From the NCBI GenBank assembly GCA_964408435.1, contig CAYOZL010000004.1, forward strand, positions 1,839-65,838: DNA of 64,000 nucleotides, written 5' to 3'. Positions 25,401 through 33,998 of the stretch are shown piece after piece; the first letter of the stretch is position 1; each line of letters opens with the position of its first letter. The translations under genes and the position numbers were made by a program. Under the pieces are notes generated by a model. That model was not told the DNA's origin, ran no database searches, and worked only from the letters and a program-made list of their open reading frames with translations. Source of the DNA: an uncultured Bdellovibrionales bacterium (GTDB lineage: Bacteria > Bdellovibrionota_C > UBA2361 > SZUA-149 > CAYOZL01).

Positions 25401-27573
25401 TTAAGTTTAACGTCCCAATAATCTCTGGCTTAAACTTATTCCCCACTTCTTCATACGCAACTGCCCTAACGACCCTTATTCCTCCAATTATCTCTGATAT
25501 GTAGTTTTGCACTGAAGATCTTATACCAGAGCTACACATTACTACTATTGGAGTAGAGCCTCTTTCAAGAACTGGTTTTATTACTCTTAAAAAACTTTCC
25601 CTAATCCCTGCTTCCTGACTTAATGATACTGTTTTAATTAGCTTATCATCATCACAGAGACTAATTGCACTTTCAAATGCTTCTTCTATATCACTAGAAA
25701 GTAAAATTACTCTAAGTTTATCACCATATGATAGACAATCTTTAACTATTTCTCTTGATATACTTTTTCTAATAAAATTATACATTTTATTTAGATAAAA
25801 CTTCCTATCATCATCATACTCATTCAGCGCCATAAACTCTATTGCAGATTCAGAAATTAATTTAAAATTCTTAACGCTAACACCTTCTTTAACCAATGCT
25901 TTAATTATTTCATTATATTCAGCCAGGCTTAACTTGTTATCTTTAAACAACTCCTCTCTAACATCCTTAGATAAAGCATTAATTAATTTTTTAGACTCTC
26001 CTATGCCAAAAGTTTTCTCAATCTCCGTGATAACCCCTGATAGTATTTTATTCGCTAAAACCTGATATGGTCTAAGAACAGGGATATTTATCTTATTTAA
26101 AGATTCATAGTTACTAGCACTGATGTCATTACTATACTTAATATAAGATACTTGATTTTTACTAAGTTCATTATCAGCAGTTTGAATAACTTCATAACCT
26201 AAAGAAGTTGCAATAGAATTTGAACAATTAAGACTAACCATATCCGTATAAATAAGACCTCTATCAATCTCATTTCCAGCCATTAAAATTTTAAATTCCT
26301 TAGCTTCGATATTTTCTGACATTAAAAATCTTACATTAGGTAACTTAACTCCTGAATTACTAAAATAATCTGACTTTACTGTCTCAATATAAGACTTAAT
26401 TTTGCTATAGTTATTTTCATTTTTAGAATCTTTAGACTCAAGATAACTAGCTAAATCTTTTCCTAACTCAATTATCACACCATCATGACCAAGTTGCTTT
26501 ATTGAATCTGACACATTCTCAACTTTTAATAACGCTGGGTTAGAACCTCCATTGAAAATATTACCAGTAAAAATATCTCTGTTAAAAATACTCTTATTGG
26601 GTTTCTTAAAATATAATAACAACGATAGTAGTGAAAAAATTAAAAAAGGAAGAAAAGGCATATTCAAAATGCCAAGCAAAGAGAACAAAAACAAAGCTGT
26701 AGTTAAAATACAAATTAACAGTAAGGCTTTTTTATCAAAAAATATTTGAGTGATAATTTGATCAAAAGAATCTGAACCCTCTTCAGAACCACCTACACCA
26801 TAGTCTACGCTACGAACTTTGCTTACTAAAAGTCCAGAGGAAACTGAAACAAACAAAGAAGGTATTATATTTACTAAACCAGCACCAATACTTAAAACTC
26901 CAAATGTATTTAATGAATCTTGAAAAATTAGCCCTCTGTAATAGCCAAGACCTACTCCTAATACAAGGCACATAAATGCTACAACGAATGTAAACAAAGC
27001 ATCTCCATGCACCCATTTCATTGCTCCATCAATAGAAGCATAAAATTGAGACTCTTGATTTAACTCCTTTCTTCTTTTACTCGCTTCATCTGCTGAAATT
27101 AAGTTTGCTCTTAAATCTGAATCAATTGCCATCTGCTTTCCTGGAATCGCATCTAAGGTAAACCGTGCAGAGACCTCTGCTACCCTAAGAGCCCCTTTTG
27201 AAATAACTAACAAATTAACCAGCCCTATAATGAGAAAAATTACTATTCCCACTATTGGGTCTGCCCCTGAAGCATAAACACCAAAAGCTTCTACAATTTT
27301 TCCAGCAACATCTGTTCCCTGATCCCCATAAGACAAAAGTAATTTTGAGATTGCTACAATAAGACAAAGTCTAAACAATGATGCTAAAACAATCATTGAT
27401 GGAAAAGAAAAAATTTCCGCTATTTTATTAGAAAGTAAAGATTTAATTAATATTACAATTGAAAATATAATATTTGCTAAAACAAAAAAATCTATTAAGG
27501 CTTTTGGCAGTTCAAATAAAAGCAAAGAAAAAAGTAATAATATAAAAACTGATAGTATTTTTATATTTGTCAT
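25396..27573 (-). CDS. sctV: type III secretion export gate protein SctV/FlhA
   Basis: FHIPEP-family N-terminal membrane domain (FSFPSMIVLASLFRLCLIVAISKLLL, DAIPGKQMAIDSDL, EASKRRKELNQESQFYASIDGAMKWVHGDA) and a large soluble C-terminal domain. 725 aa. Confidence 0.9.
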   Translation of the reverse strand: MTNIKILSVFILLLFSLLLFELPKALIDFFVLANIIFSIVILIKSLLSNKIAEIFSFPSMIVLASLFRLCLIVAISKLLLSYGDQGTDVAGKIVEAFGVYASGADPIVGIVIFLIIGLVNLLVISKGALRVAEVSARFTLDAIPGKQMAIDSDLRANLISADEASKRRKELNQESQFYASIDGAMKWVHGDALFTFVVAFMCLVLGVGLGYYRGLIFQDSLNTFGVLSIGAGLVNIIPSLFVSVSSGLLVSKVRSVDYGVGGSEEGSDSFDQIITQIFFDKKALLLICILTTALFLFSLLGILNMPFLPFLIFSLLSLLLYFKKPNKSIFNRDIFTGNIFNGGSNPALLKVENVSDSIKQLGHDGVIIELGKDLASYLESKDSKNENNYSKIKSYIETVKSDYFSNSGVKLPNVRFLMSENIEAKEFKILMAGNEIDRGLIYTDMVSLNCSNSIATSLGYEVIQTADNELSKNQVSYIKYSNDISASNYESLNKINIPVLRPYQVLANKILSGVITEIEKTFGIGESKKLINALSKDVREELFKDNKLSLAEYNEIIKALVKEGVSVKNFKLISESAIEFMALNEYDDDRKFYLNKMYNFIRKSISREIVKDCLSYGDKLRVILLSSDIEEAFESAISLCDDDKLIKTVSLSQEAGIRESFLRVIKPVLERGSTPIVVMCSSGIRSSVQNYISEIIGGIRVVRAVAYEEVGNKFKPEIIGTLNLT

Positions 27574-27618
27574 AATCTTACTCTAATAAAATAAAAACAC
27601 AAAAGTGTGTGATATTAA

Positions 27619-27654
27619 AAACTACATCTAACAAACTACAACAAAAAAACTACA
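27619..27654 (-). promoter_or_regulatory. three direct repeats AAACTACA (minus strand TGTAGTTT) at 14-bp spacing upstream of sctV
   Basis: Exact 8-mers at 27619-27626, 27633-27640 and 27647-27654, in the 153-bp tadC-sctV gap, 46-81 nt upstream of the sctV ATG (27573). Confidence 0.5.
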
Positions 27655-27726
27655 CTGAAATAACAAGACTAATAAGTAAAACTAAACAATGATACTGAAA
27701 ATAAAGAGAATATTTTATCTAAAGAG

Positions 27727-28629
27727 TTAACTAAATGCATTCATTATTCTTATCGCAATCCCAGCGAACAATAAAGCGAAAAAACCCATAAAGACCATCG
27801 CAAGTGGTCCAGTAGCTTTAACTGGCAATTGTGTGATTTTTGCCTCTACCTGAACTTGTCTTTGCATCATTACAGAATCAGCTAACTCTTGTAGCTGCTT
27901 AGAAACTTCTCCACCATGTCTAGAACACTGAGCTAAGAACATAAAAGCATGCTTTACTTCAACAGAACCATTTGCATCACCTACCTCAACTAAAGCATCT
28001 TCAAGACTTAAACCTGAACGCATTAACTTCGTGGCATGAGAAATCATTTCAGTTACTGCATTATGAGCATCTCTTTCATCTGCCATTTCAATGATATTTG
28101 AAAGACAAGGCCCAACATCAAGAGAACTACTTACACCAATAGAAACCTGCTCAATTACTAATGGAAGAAAATACATTACATCTTCATCTCTTCTTTTGAT
28201 TTCTCTATCCAACCAAAAACTAGGAATTACAAAACCACCAAGCCCACCGATTGCGATACACAATACTGCTAGCTTCGCATTACTTGTTAGATAGTAAGCA
28301 GCTAAAGGAATTCCAATTACACTAATTATAAAAGATTTAATTCTAAATCTTAAAAACCAAGCTCTATCTGCAGCAGTAAAATATCCCGCTTTAAATAGTC
28401 TAACGCTTAAATCATCACCCTTTTTTTTCTTTTTATTTTTATGATTTTTCTTACTTATTTTCTTAACGTCATTAAGAGTTTCCTCATTTGCAATTTTTGA
28501 TGAGGACATCAGTTCTCTTAATTCTGTAGTTTGTCCTTTTGAGCCACCTAAAAAGGCATATGCCATAACAGCAAATCCTAGAACTCCTAAGAAGCTAGCA
28601 ACTACTATAAAAATTTGAAATAAATCCAT
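27727..28629 (-). CDS. tadC: Flp pilus assembly inner-membrane platform protein TadC (GspF-like domain)
   Basis: N-terminal TM, a cytoplasmic helical T2SF-type domain (YFLPLVIEQVSIGVSSSLDVGPCL...) and C-terminal TMs. It is the second of two paralogous platform genes after cpaF. Confidence 0.75.
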   Translation of the reverse strand: MDLFQIFIVVASFLGVLGFAVMAYAFLGGSKGQTTELRELMSSSKIANEETLNDVKKISKKNHKNKKKKKGDDLSVRLFKAGYFTAADRAWFLRFRIKSFIISVIGIPLAAYYLTSNAKLAVLCIAIGGLGGFVIPSFWLDREIKRRDEDVMYFLPLVIEQVSIGVSSSLDVGPCLSNIIEMADERDAHNAVTEMISHATKLMRSGLSLEDALVEVGDANGSVEVKHAFMFLAQCSRHGGEVSKQLQELADSVMMQRQVQVEAKITQLPVKATGPLAMVFMGFFALLFAGIAIRIMNAFS

Positions 28630-28630
28630 T

Positions 28631-28656
28631 ACACAAACCCTACAAAATAAACCTAC
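28631..28656. repeat. two tandem 13-bp units with a GTAGG core immediately upstream of the tadC ATG
   Basis: Plus strand reads acacaaaccctac (28631-28643) and aaaataaacctac (28644-28656). Minus strand reads GTAGGTTTATTTT GTAGGGTTTGTGT, followed directly by A and the ATG (start at 28629). Confidence 0.6.
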
Positions 28657-28682
28657 GTGTTAAATAAACACAAAAAAAACTT

Positions 28683-29690
28683 TTAAACCTTAATATTAGC
28701 AACCTTATTAGACCAATGAAAACCAATAAAAATACACATTATTCCATATTGAAATATCTTTAAACCTAATGGGTTGGAAAAAGCTGGAAATACTAACTGT
28801 GGAGCAGTCCAAGCCATGTAACATAAAAGTAAAGCCATAACTAAAGCGATCAGTTTAAGAGAAGATTTCTCTAATCCAATAGCTGCTACTGCTTTTTTTC
28901 TAAATTCTTGTCTTTTTCTTACTTGCTTAGCTAACCTTTCTAAAGTGTTACTTAAAGTTCCACCGACTCTTTTACTTAGTATTAAACTTTGTACGAATAA
29001 TTCTAATTCAGGATGAGCAACATCTTCACCAAATGCACTTATTGCTTGCTCTTCAGTCATTCCAAGCCTTAGTCTTTCAACTAACAACTCAACTTCCTCT
29101 CTTACTAAGCAGTCCTCATCTAAACCCTTTGCTGCTGCATCAAGACCTTGAATCGGGCTCATTCCTGTTTTTAATAAACTTACAAACGACATTAATAACA
29201 CTGGATAATCTTTATCAAATGCCATAAAACGCTTTTTAATCGCTTTATCTAAAATCGATGTTGGAATAACAATACCCATAAATATAGCAAGTAAAACAAT
29301 AAATACAGTTGCTAAATTATAGGCAGGAATTGCTAAAAAGACCGCAAGGAATACTTGAATAGCTCTAAATTGCATTTCAGTTAATGGCCATTTAGCGTAC
29401 TTAAGTTTTTTCGCTAAATCTATTTGAGAACTATTAGAACCTCTCTTATCAACATCACCTTCAGAGGCTGCAGCAATTGCTAAATTATTTGCAGTAGTTT
29501 TTTGAAACTTCTCTCCTGTTAATCTTGCTTCTGCTCTTGCATCCCTTTGAGCTGTAACCATATTTCTAAGATTAGTACTTACGGCTTTAGTGGTATTTTT
29601 ACTCTTATTATCTGATAATGATAATGCGAATACAATTAGGCCAACAATTAGAATAACCAGAACAATGATGCCAAGAACAATTAGGTTCAC
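28683..29690 (-). CDS. tadB: Flp pilus assembly inner-membrane platform protein TadB (GspF-like domain)
   Basis: Topology and T2SF-type helical domain (PVLLMSFVSLLKTGMSPIQGL...). Its start overlaps the cpaF stop by 4 nt. Confidence 0.75.
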   Translation of the reverse strand: MNLIVLGIIVLVILIVGLIVFALSLSDNKSKNTTKAVSTNLRNMVTAQRDARAEARLTGEKFQKTTANNLAIAAASEGDVDKRGSNSSQIDLAKKLKYAKWPLTEMQFRAIQVFLAVFLAIPAYNLATVFIVLLAIFMGIVIPTSILDKAIKKRFMAFDKDYPVLLMSFVSLLKTGMSPIQGLDAAAKGLDEDCLVREEVELLVERLRLGMTEEQAISAFGEDVAHPELELFVQSLILSKRVGGTLSNTLERLAKQVRKRQEFRKKAVAAIGLEKSSLKLIALVMALLLCYMAWTAPQLVFPAFSNPLGLKIFQYGIMCIFIGFHWSNKVANIKV

Positions 29691-31111
29691 TTCTTTTCTC
29701 CATCCACAGTTGGAACCTGACTTGCTCCTCCAAAACCTAGAAACTTAGGAGCATCTCCAAGATAAATTCCATTTCTTTCTAATACCTCTTCATAAAAACT
29801 TGAATAAGAAAGAACTTCCCACATTGGATTCTCACCTTCTTGAACAAGCTTAAACATTGGTCTAATTTGGATATTTCCTTCAACGAAATTACCCACTTCT
29901 ACAACTTCTGCCATTCTTACACGTCCAGTTGCTCTTTCTCGGTATTGCCAAATAACGACATCAACTGCTTGTGCAATCTGTTGTCGAATAATGTCCATTC
30001 CAACTCCTCTTTGAGCTCGACCGAGTAAACTTTCTAATCTTGTTAGAGTTTCTCTTGCATTTCTTGCATGCACTGTAGACATTCCACTGTGACCAGTTTG
30101 TGCAGCTTCTAAAAATGCTTCTGCTGCCTCTGGTGTTCTCATCTCTCCAAGAATCACTCTCGTAGGACAAAGTCTAAGAGTAGTTCTAATATGGTCTGAT
30201 AAACTAACCGCACCTGCTCCCTCTGAGTTTGGAGACCTTGATACTAAGCTTCTAAAATATGGGTGCCCATAATTTAATTCAGGAGTATCTTCTACAGCAA
30301 TTACAGCCTCATCTGCTCTAAACTGCGTTCCAAGAGATCTCATCAATGTCGTTTTTCCAGTTCCAGTCTCTCCAGAAACCATAAAAGTATGTTCAACTGT
30401 TCTAGTTAATGCAGCTAGATAGTTAACCATTAAAGGAGGAGCAACTTGATAAGAAACTAAACTTTCTAGTGTTGCTTCTGAAACTCTTGGAACACGCATT
30501 GTAAACAATGGTCCTCTAGCTCCACAAACACTTTTATGCACAGCACATAATCTTTTACCATCAGGGAAAGATGCATCAACGGTATGCTGTTGCGTAGATA
30601 AAGACTTACCTAGCCTAAATAAAATTCTATCGATAAAAGTTGCATATGCCTCAGGACTTGGCCAACGAATACTTGTTGCTTCACTCATTTTACCCCTTTG
30701 TAAAATAACTGATTGATAATCATAACAATGAATATCAGTAACTTCAGGGTTATCTACTAAAGGCTGCAATACTCCCCAACCCAATAAATCTTGTTTCAGA
30801 TGAACAATAATATCTGCTCTAGCAATATCATCTATTTGTAAAGAATTCTCGGCACAAACTTTATCAACTGCATTCGCTATTTGATCTTCAGATACCTCAC
30901 CATCTTTAATCTCCACACCTTCATCACTATTTCCAAGCTCTCTTCTAGCTTCTTTTAAAACCTTGTTTGCTATTGGTGTAAGAGAGGTCTCTGCTGGGCT
31001 ACTAGTAGCAGGTAGTGATAATTCACTATTACTTGGTTTTACAACCTTTTTTCTTTCATCGCTTGCCCTCGTAGAGAACAAACCCATTAAAGCATCATCT
31101 TCTTTTGACAT
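29687..31111 (-). CDS. cpaF: Tad/Flp pilus secretion ATPase CpaF/TadA
   Basis: VVDNPEVTDI, Walker A SGETGTGKTT, Asp/Walker B blocks IAVEDTPEL and RVILGEMR, and His box GHSGMSTVHA match the CpaF/VirB11-like traffic ATPase family. Confidence 0.9.
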   Translation of the reverse strand: MSKEDDALMGLFSTRASDERKKVVKPSNSELSLPATSSPAETSLTPIANKVLKEARRELGNSDEGVEIKDGEVSEDQIANAVDKVCAENSLQIDDIARADIIVHLKQDLLGWGVLQPLVDNPEVTDIHCYDYQSVILQRGKMSEATSIRWPSPEAYATFIDRILFRLGKSLSTQQHTVDASFPDGKRLCAVHKSVCGARGPLFTMRVPRVSEATLESLVSYQVAPPLMVNYLAALTRTVEHTFMVSGETGTGKTTLMRSLGTQFRADEAVIAVEDTPELNYGHPYFRSLVSRSPNSEGAGAVSLSDHIRTTLRLCPTRVILGEMRTPEAAEAFLEAAQTGHSGMSTVHARNARETLTRLESLLGRAQRGVGMDIIRQQIAQAVDVVIWQYRERATGRVRMAEVVEVGNFVEGNIQIRPMFKLVQEGENPMWEVLSYSSFYEEVLERNGIYLGDAPKFLGFGGASQVPTVDGEKK

Positions 31112-31156
31112 AACCCTTACCTACCTCAATATTAACCTATGTAAGCTTCCTATATA

Positions 31157-32092
31157 CTACTCTGCACCTGCAAAACTTCTATCTAATGTCCACTTACCAC
31201 TTTTAAGAATATACCTAAGCTGCCTGCCACTTCTTGGGTCAGATGTATACATTACGCCATCATTAGCAACTTCTGCTTTTGGTCCTTCTGCTTGCTTACC
31301 TATGATATGTGCCATAGTAACAACATCAGCTTCGCCGTTAGATATATTTGTCTCAGAATCACCAACTAGTGATAAACTAATTTCACCATTAGACCTTGCT
31401 AACTCAATTTTCTTCGCATCTCTTTCAGTAACAAGTAAAGTTATATTAGTTCCTTTTTTAATAGCTACTTTTTGACCAACTACATTTGTATATCCACCAA
31501 CAGAAAGAATTTTGATAAATCTTGCAATAGTAGCAATCTTAGTCTCACCACGTTGTTTATAAGTTAAAAGCACATCAACTCTACTATTAGGTTTAGCAAA
31601 ACCTTCTACCCCTTTTCTATCATCAACTGTAATAGATACAGCTCTATAGCCTGGAGGAATTGTAATTGCATTTAATGGAGGATTATCAGAAATATCATCT
31701 AAAACTAATGGCATATTTGAATTGATTAATCTTGAAGAAAATTTACCAACTATTAGTTCTAAATCCTTAGCCCTAATTACAGCCATTGGAGTTTTATCCG
31801 GGTCCATCGCCTGTGGAGAGAATAATTCTGGACTGATTTGAGTCCCTTCTTCAATTCTAGTGTTCGCAATTAAAACATCAATCACGCCTGTATTAAGCTT
31901 TGGAGCTTCAGGAGCTGTTGCTACTACTTCAGTTTCATTCTGTGTAGCATCTGTTTTTTGAGCAATCACTATTACCGCGATAACTAAAACTGCGATAACT
32001 GCTGCGAGACAACCTATTACCCACTTAACTTTTGTAGCGTACTGCTGAGCCTGTGAACTCACGCCTCCAAATTTATTATTATTCCTTCTCAT
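31157..32092 (-). CDS. cpaB: Flp pilus assembly protein CpaB/RcpC
   Basis: N-terminal TM anchor, a SAF-like domain (VIDVLIANTRIEEGTQISPELF), then beta-rich repeats (RAVSITVDDRKGVEGFAKPNSRVDVLLTY). It lies between flp and cpaF. Confidence 0.75.
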   Translation of the reverse strand: MRRNNNKFGGVSSQAQQYATKVKWVIGCLAAVIAVLVIAVIVIAQKTDATQNETEVVATAPEAPKLNTGVIDVLIANTRIEEGTQISPELFSPQAMDPDKTPMAVIRAKDLELIVGKFSSRLINSNMPLVLDDISDNPPLNAITIPPGYRAVSITVDDRKGVEGFAKPNSRVDVLLTYKQRGETKIATIARFIKILSVGGYTNVVGQKVAIKKGTNITLLVTERDAKKIELARSNGEISLSLVGDSETNISNGEADVVTMAHIIGKQAEGPKAEVANDGVMYTSDPRSGRQLRYILKSGKWTLDRSFAGAE

Positions 32093-32275
32093 TTTACTTA
32101 GCCTTAATTATAAAAAAAATTATAAACCTGTTCTATAGATGCTAAATCGGTAAGAAACGGCTCAAAACTTTAATTATAAGAGAGCTTTTCAAAAAAAAAG
32201 GCCTACTAAAATAGTAAGCCTTTGATATCTATGTATATTAAAATATTAAATATACGAGAAATATTTAAATATTTC

Positions 32276-32461
32276 TTAGTTAGTAGTTGCGTCTAATGTA
32301 TTACCAATTGAATCAAACTTCTCACTAACCTCTTCCCCTAAAAATGTTACAGCAGCAATCGCTACAACTGCGATTAATGCTACCATTAATGCGTATTCTA
32401 CCATTGTAGCACCTTTTTCTTCAGTAACTACTGTTTGCTTGATAACTTTTTGATTATCCAT
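32276..32461 (-). CDS. flp: Flp family type IVb/c pilin
   Basis: 61 aa. EEKGATMVEYALMVALIAVVAIAAV is the Flp motif (G/xTxxEY plus a hydrophobic helix). A strong RBS aagaggag lies upstream. Confidence 0.9.
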   Translation of the reverse strand: MDNQKVIKQTVVTEEKGATMVEYALMVALIAVVAIAAVTFLGEEVSEKFDSIGNTLDATTN

Positions 32462-32501
32462 GCCTTTATAACTCCTCTTTTAATTAAGCTTAAATTTATA
32501 A

Positions 32502-32512
32502 GCGCTTAGCGC
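32502..32512. promoter_or_regulatory. GC-rich 11-bp palindrome in the flp leader/promoter region
   Basis: gcgcttagcgc is a perfect palindrome around a central T. It lies ~40 nt upstream of the flp ATG and is the only GC-rich block in an otherwise AT-rich 180-bp gap. Confidence 0.3.
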
Positions 32513-32640
32513 CATAAATACTACTATAAATAAACAACTTTATTTGCAAGAAATAAAATCTCCGTATTTATGACGATTATAATATCAAAAAGGATTCTTT
32601 AAATACTAAACTTATTTTAAAAAGCAACAAATTTAGCTAC

Positions 32641-33885
32641 TTACTCATTTGATTCTGGGGTGCTCGCTGGTAATAGTCTTTCCCACCAATTTGAATTAGA
32701 TTTCATATTATCTATTTCCTCACCTTTTTCAATCAAATTAAGCTCTGATGCTATCTGTTCTAATGTTGCTTTAGTGGAGCGTTGTCCTAGCTTATAAAGA
32801 GTAGCTCCACTACCAGGCCATAAGCTTGCTTTAGCATCTGTTGCTAAAGGAGGTAATCTCCATGGGCGTGAGCCCAACTTGTGCACAAGTTCTAATTCAG
32901 CTTCAATTTGTGGCAAAGCAGAGAGCGCACCAGTATAACCATTTACTAAAAATGTTATTCTTTCAGTTCCAACTACCAATGCTTTTACATAAGTTAAATA
33001 TAAATCTAATGCTGTGAGACCTAAAACAGAATCATCTATAACTACCAGAACTTCGTCTGCTGCTCTCATTAGAGCACCTGTTGCAGGGCCAATTCTACCA
33101 CCTACATCAATGATGATAACATCATGCATTACTCTAGCTAATTCTAAAATTCTCTGGCAAATATTTATACCATCTGTATGACAGACTAAATCCATAGCTT
33201 CTGCCATTCCATCAGGTGGCATTAAAACAGATACGTCTTCACTAACAGGAATTAATGCATCACAAATACTATCTCTAGATATTTCTCTTGAACCATTTAC
33301 CCAGCTAGAAACTGTCTTCGCCTCAGTTCCATTAACTGTTAATGCTCTACATAAATCTCTAGTTTCTACGTCTAAATCCCAAATCAATGTTCTTTGTTTA
33401 AAAACACTACAAACCTCAGCTAAAGCTGCACATACTGAAGTTGCACCTGTCCCACCTTTTGCATGAGTTACAACAATAATTTTAGCTTCTCTTACTCTAC
33501 CTTCTTTTCTAAATTCAGCATAAATCGCTACTAATTCTTGTAATAAATCTAGTGGAGATGAATCATCAGGTAATACTTTTCTAACACCTGCGGCATGAGC
33601 AGATCTAAAAGCTCCTCCTGAATAAGCCTCTTCAGTTACAAACATAACAATATGTAACCAAGGCATATGAGATAAAGCTGTTCTTGCTATTTGAGAAGCA
33701 GTATCTCCTAATCCAGAGCCAAGAATTAAAACATCAGCATCTTGCATCTGAGACATAAAATCCCTGTCATTTACAAGCTTAACTCTTAAATCCAACATCT
33801 CGACATCACTGTGAGAAAACGAATCTATCCTTCTAGCACACAGTGCTTGCCCTTCAGCTGAATTATCTACAATTAATACTCTCAT
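32641..33885 (-). CDS. tadZ: Tad pilus localisation/assembly ATPase TadZ/CpaE (receiver-like N-domain plus MinD/ParA-type ATPase)
   Basis: N-terminal MRVLIVDNSAEG...DVLILGSGLGD is a CheY-like fold. The deviant Walker A is VVTHAKGGTGATSVCAALA, with DLD...IIIDVGG blocks. Confidence 0.8.
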   Translation of the reverse strand: MRVLIVDNSAEGQALCARRIDSFSHSDVEMLDLRVKLVNDRDFMSQMQDADVLILGSGLGDTASQIARTALSHMPWLHIVMFVTEEAYSGGAFRSAHAAGVRKVLPDDSSPLDLLQELVAIYAEFRKEGRVREAKIIVVTHAKGGTGATSVCAALAEVCSVFKQRTLIWDLDVETRDLCRALTVNGTEAKTVSSWVNGSREISRDSICDALIPVSEDVSVLMPPDGMAEAMDLVCHTDGINICQRILELARVMHDVIIIDVGGRIGPATGALMRAADEVLVVIDDSVLGLTALDLYLTYVKALVVGTERITFLVNGYTGALSALPQIEAELELVHKLGSRPWRLPPLATDAKASLWPGSGATLYKLGQRSTKATLEQIASELNLIEKGEEIDNMKSNSNWWERLLPASTPESNE

Positions 33886-33998
33886 CTAATTACACCCAAT
33901 CATTGTCTCTATTAACTGATATCGACTTCTCATTATAATTTCTTGAAAACTTATTTAGGGTTGTTGAGCAACAACAAAAATGCAGTAATTTTAGGTAC

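Noticed and set aside
14756-27573. Reading the sct genes as a flagellar export apparatus (FliPQR/FlhBA)
   Set aside because: The ring protein is a YscJ/PrgK-type lipoprotein (lipobox plus family N-terminal motif) rather than FliF. No rod, hook, filament, motor or FliG/M/N genes are present in the window. The flagellar reading cannot be fully excluded without phylogeny.
27727-33885. The higher GC of the Tad genes as evidence of recent horizontal transfer
   Set aside because: Spot counts show conserved housekeeping genes (hisF) are at least as GC-rich, and the low-GC outliers are the divergent membrane genes. A proper compositional analysis is needed before any HGT claim.
33955-33975. The gttgttg-ag-caacaac inverted repeat between the STK and tadZ genes as a terminator separating kinase and Tad transcription units
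   Set aside because: The 7-bp arms are separated by a 2-nt centre with no U-tract on the transcribed strand. That is too weak to call a terminator or operator without data.
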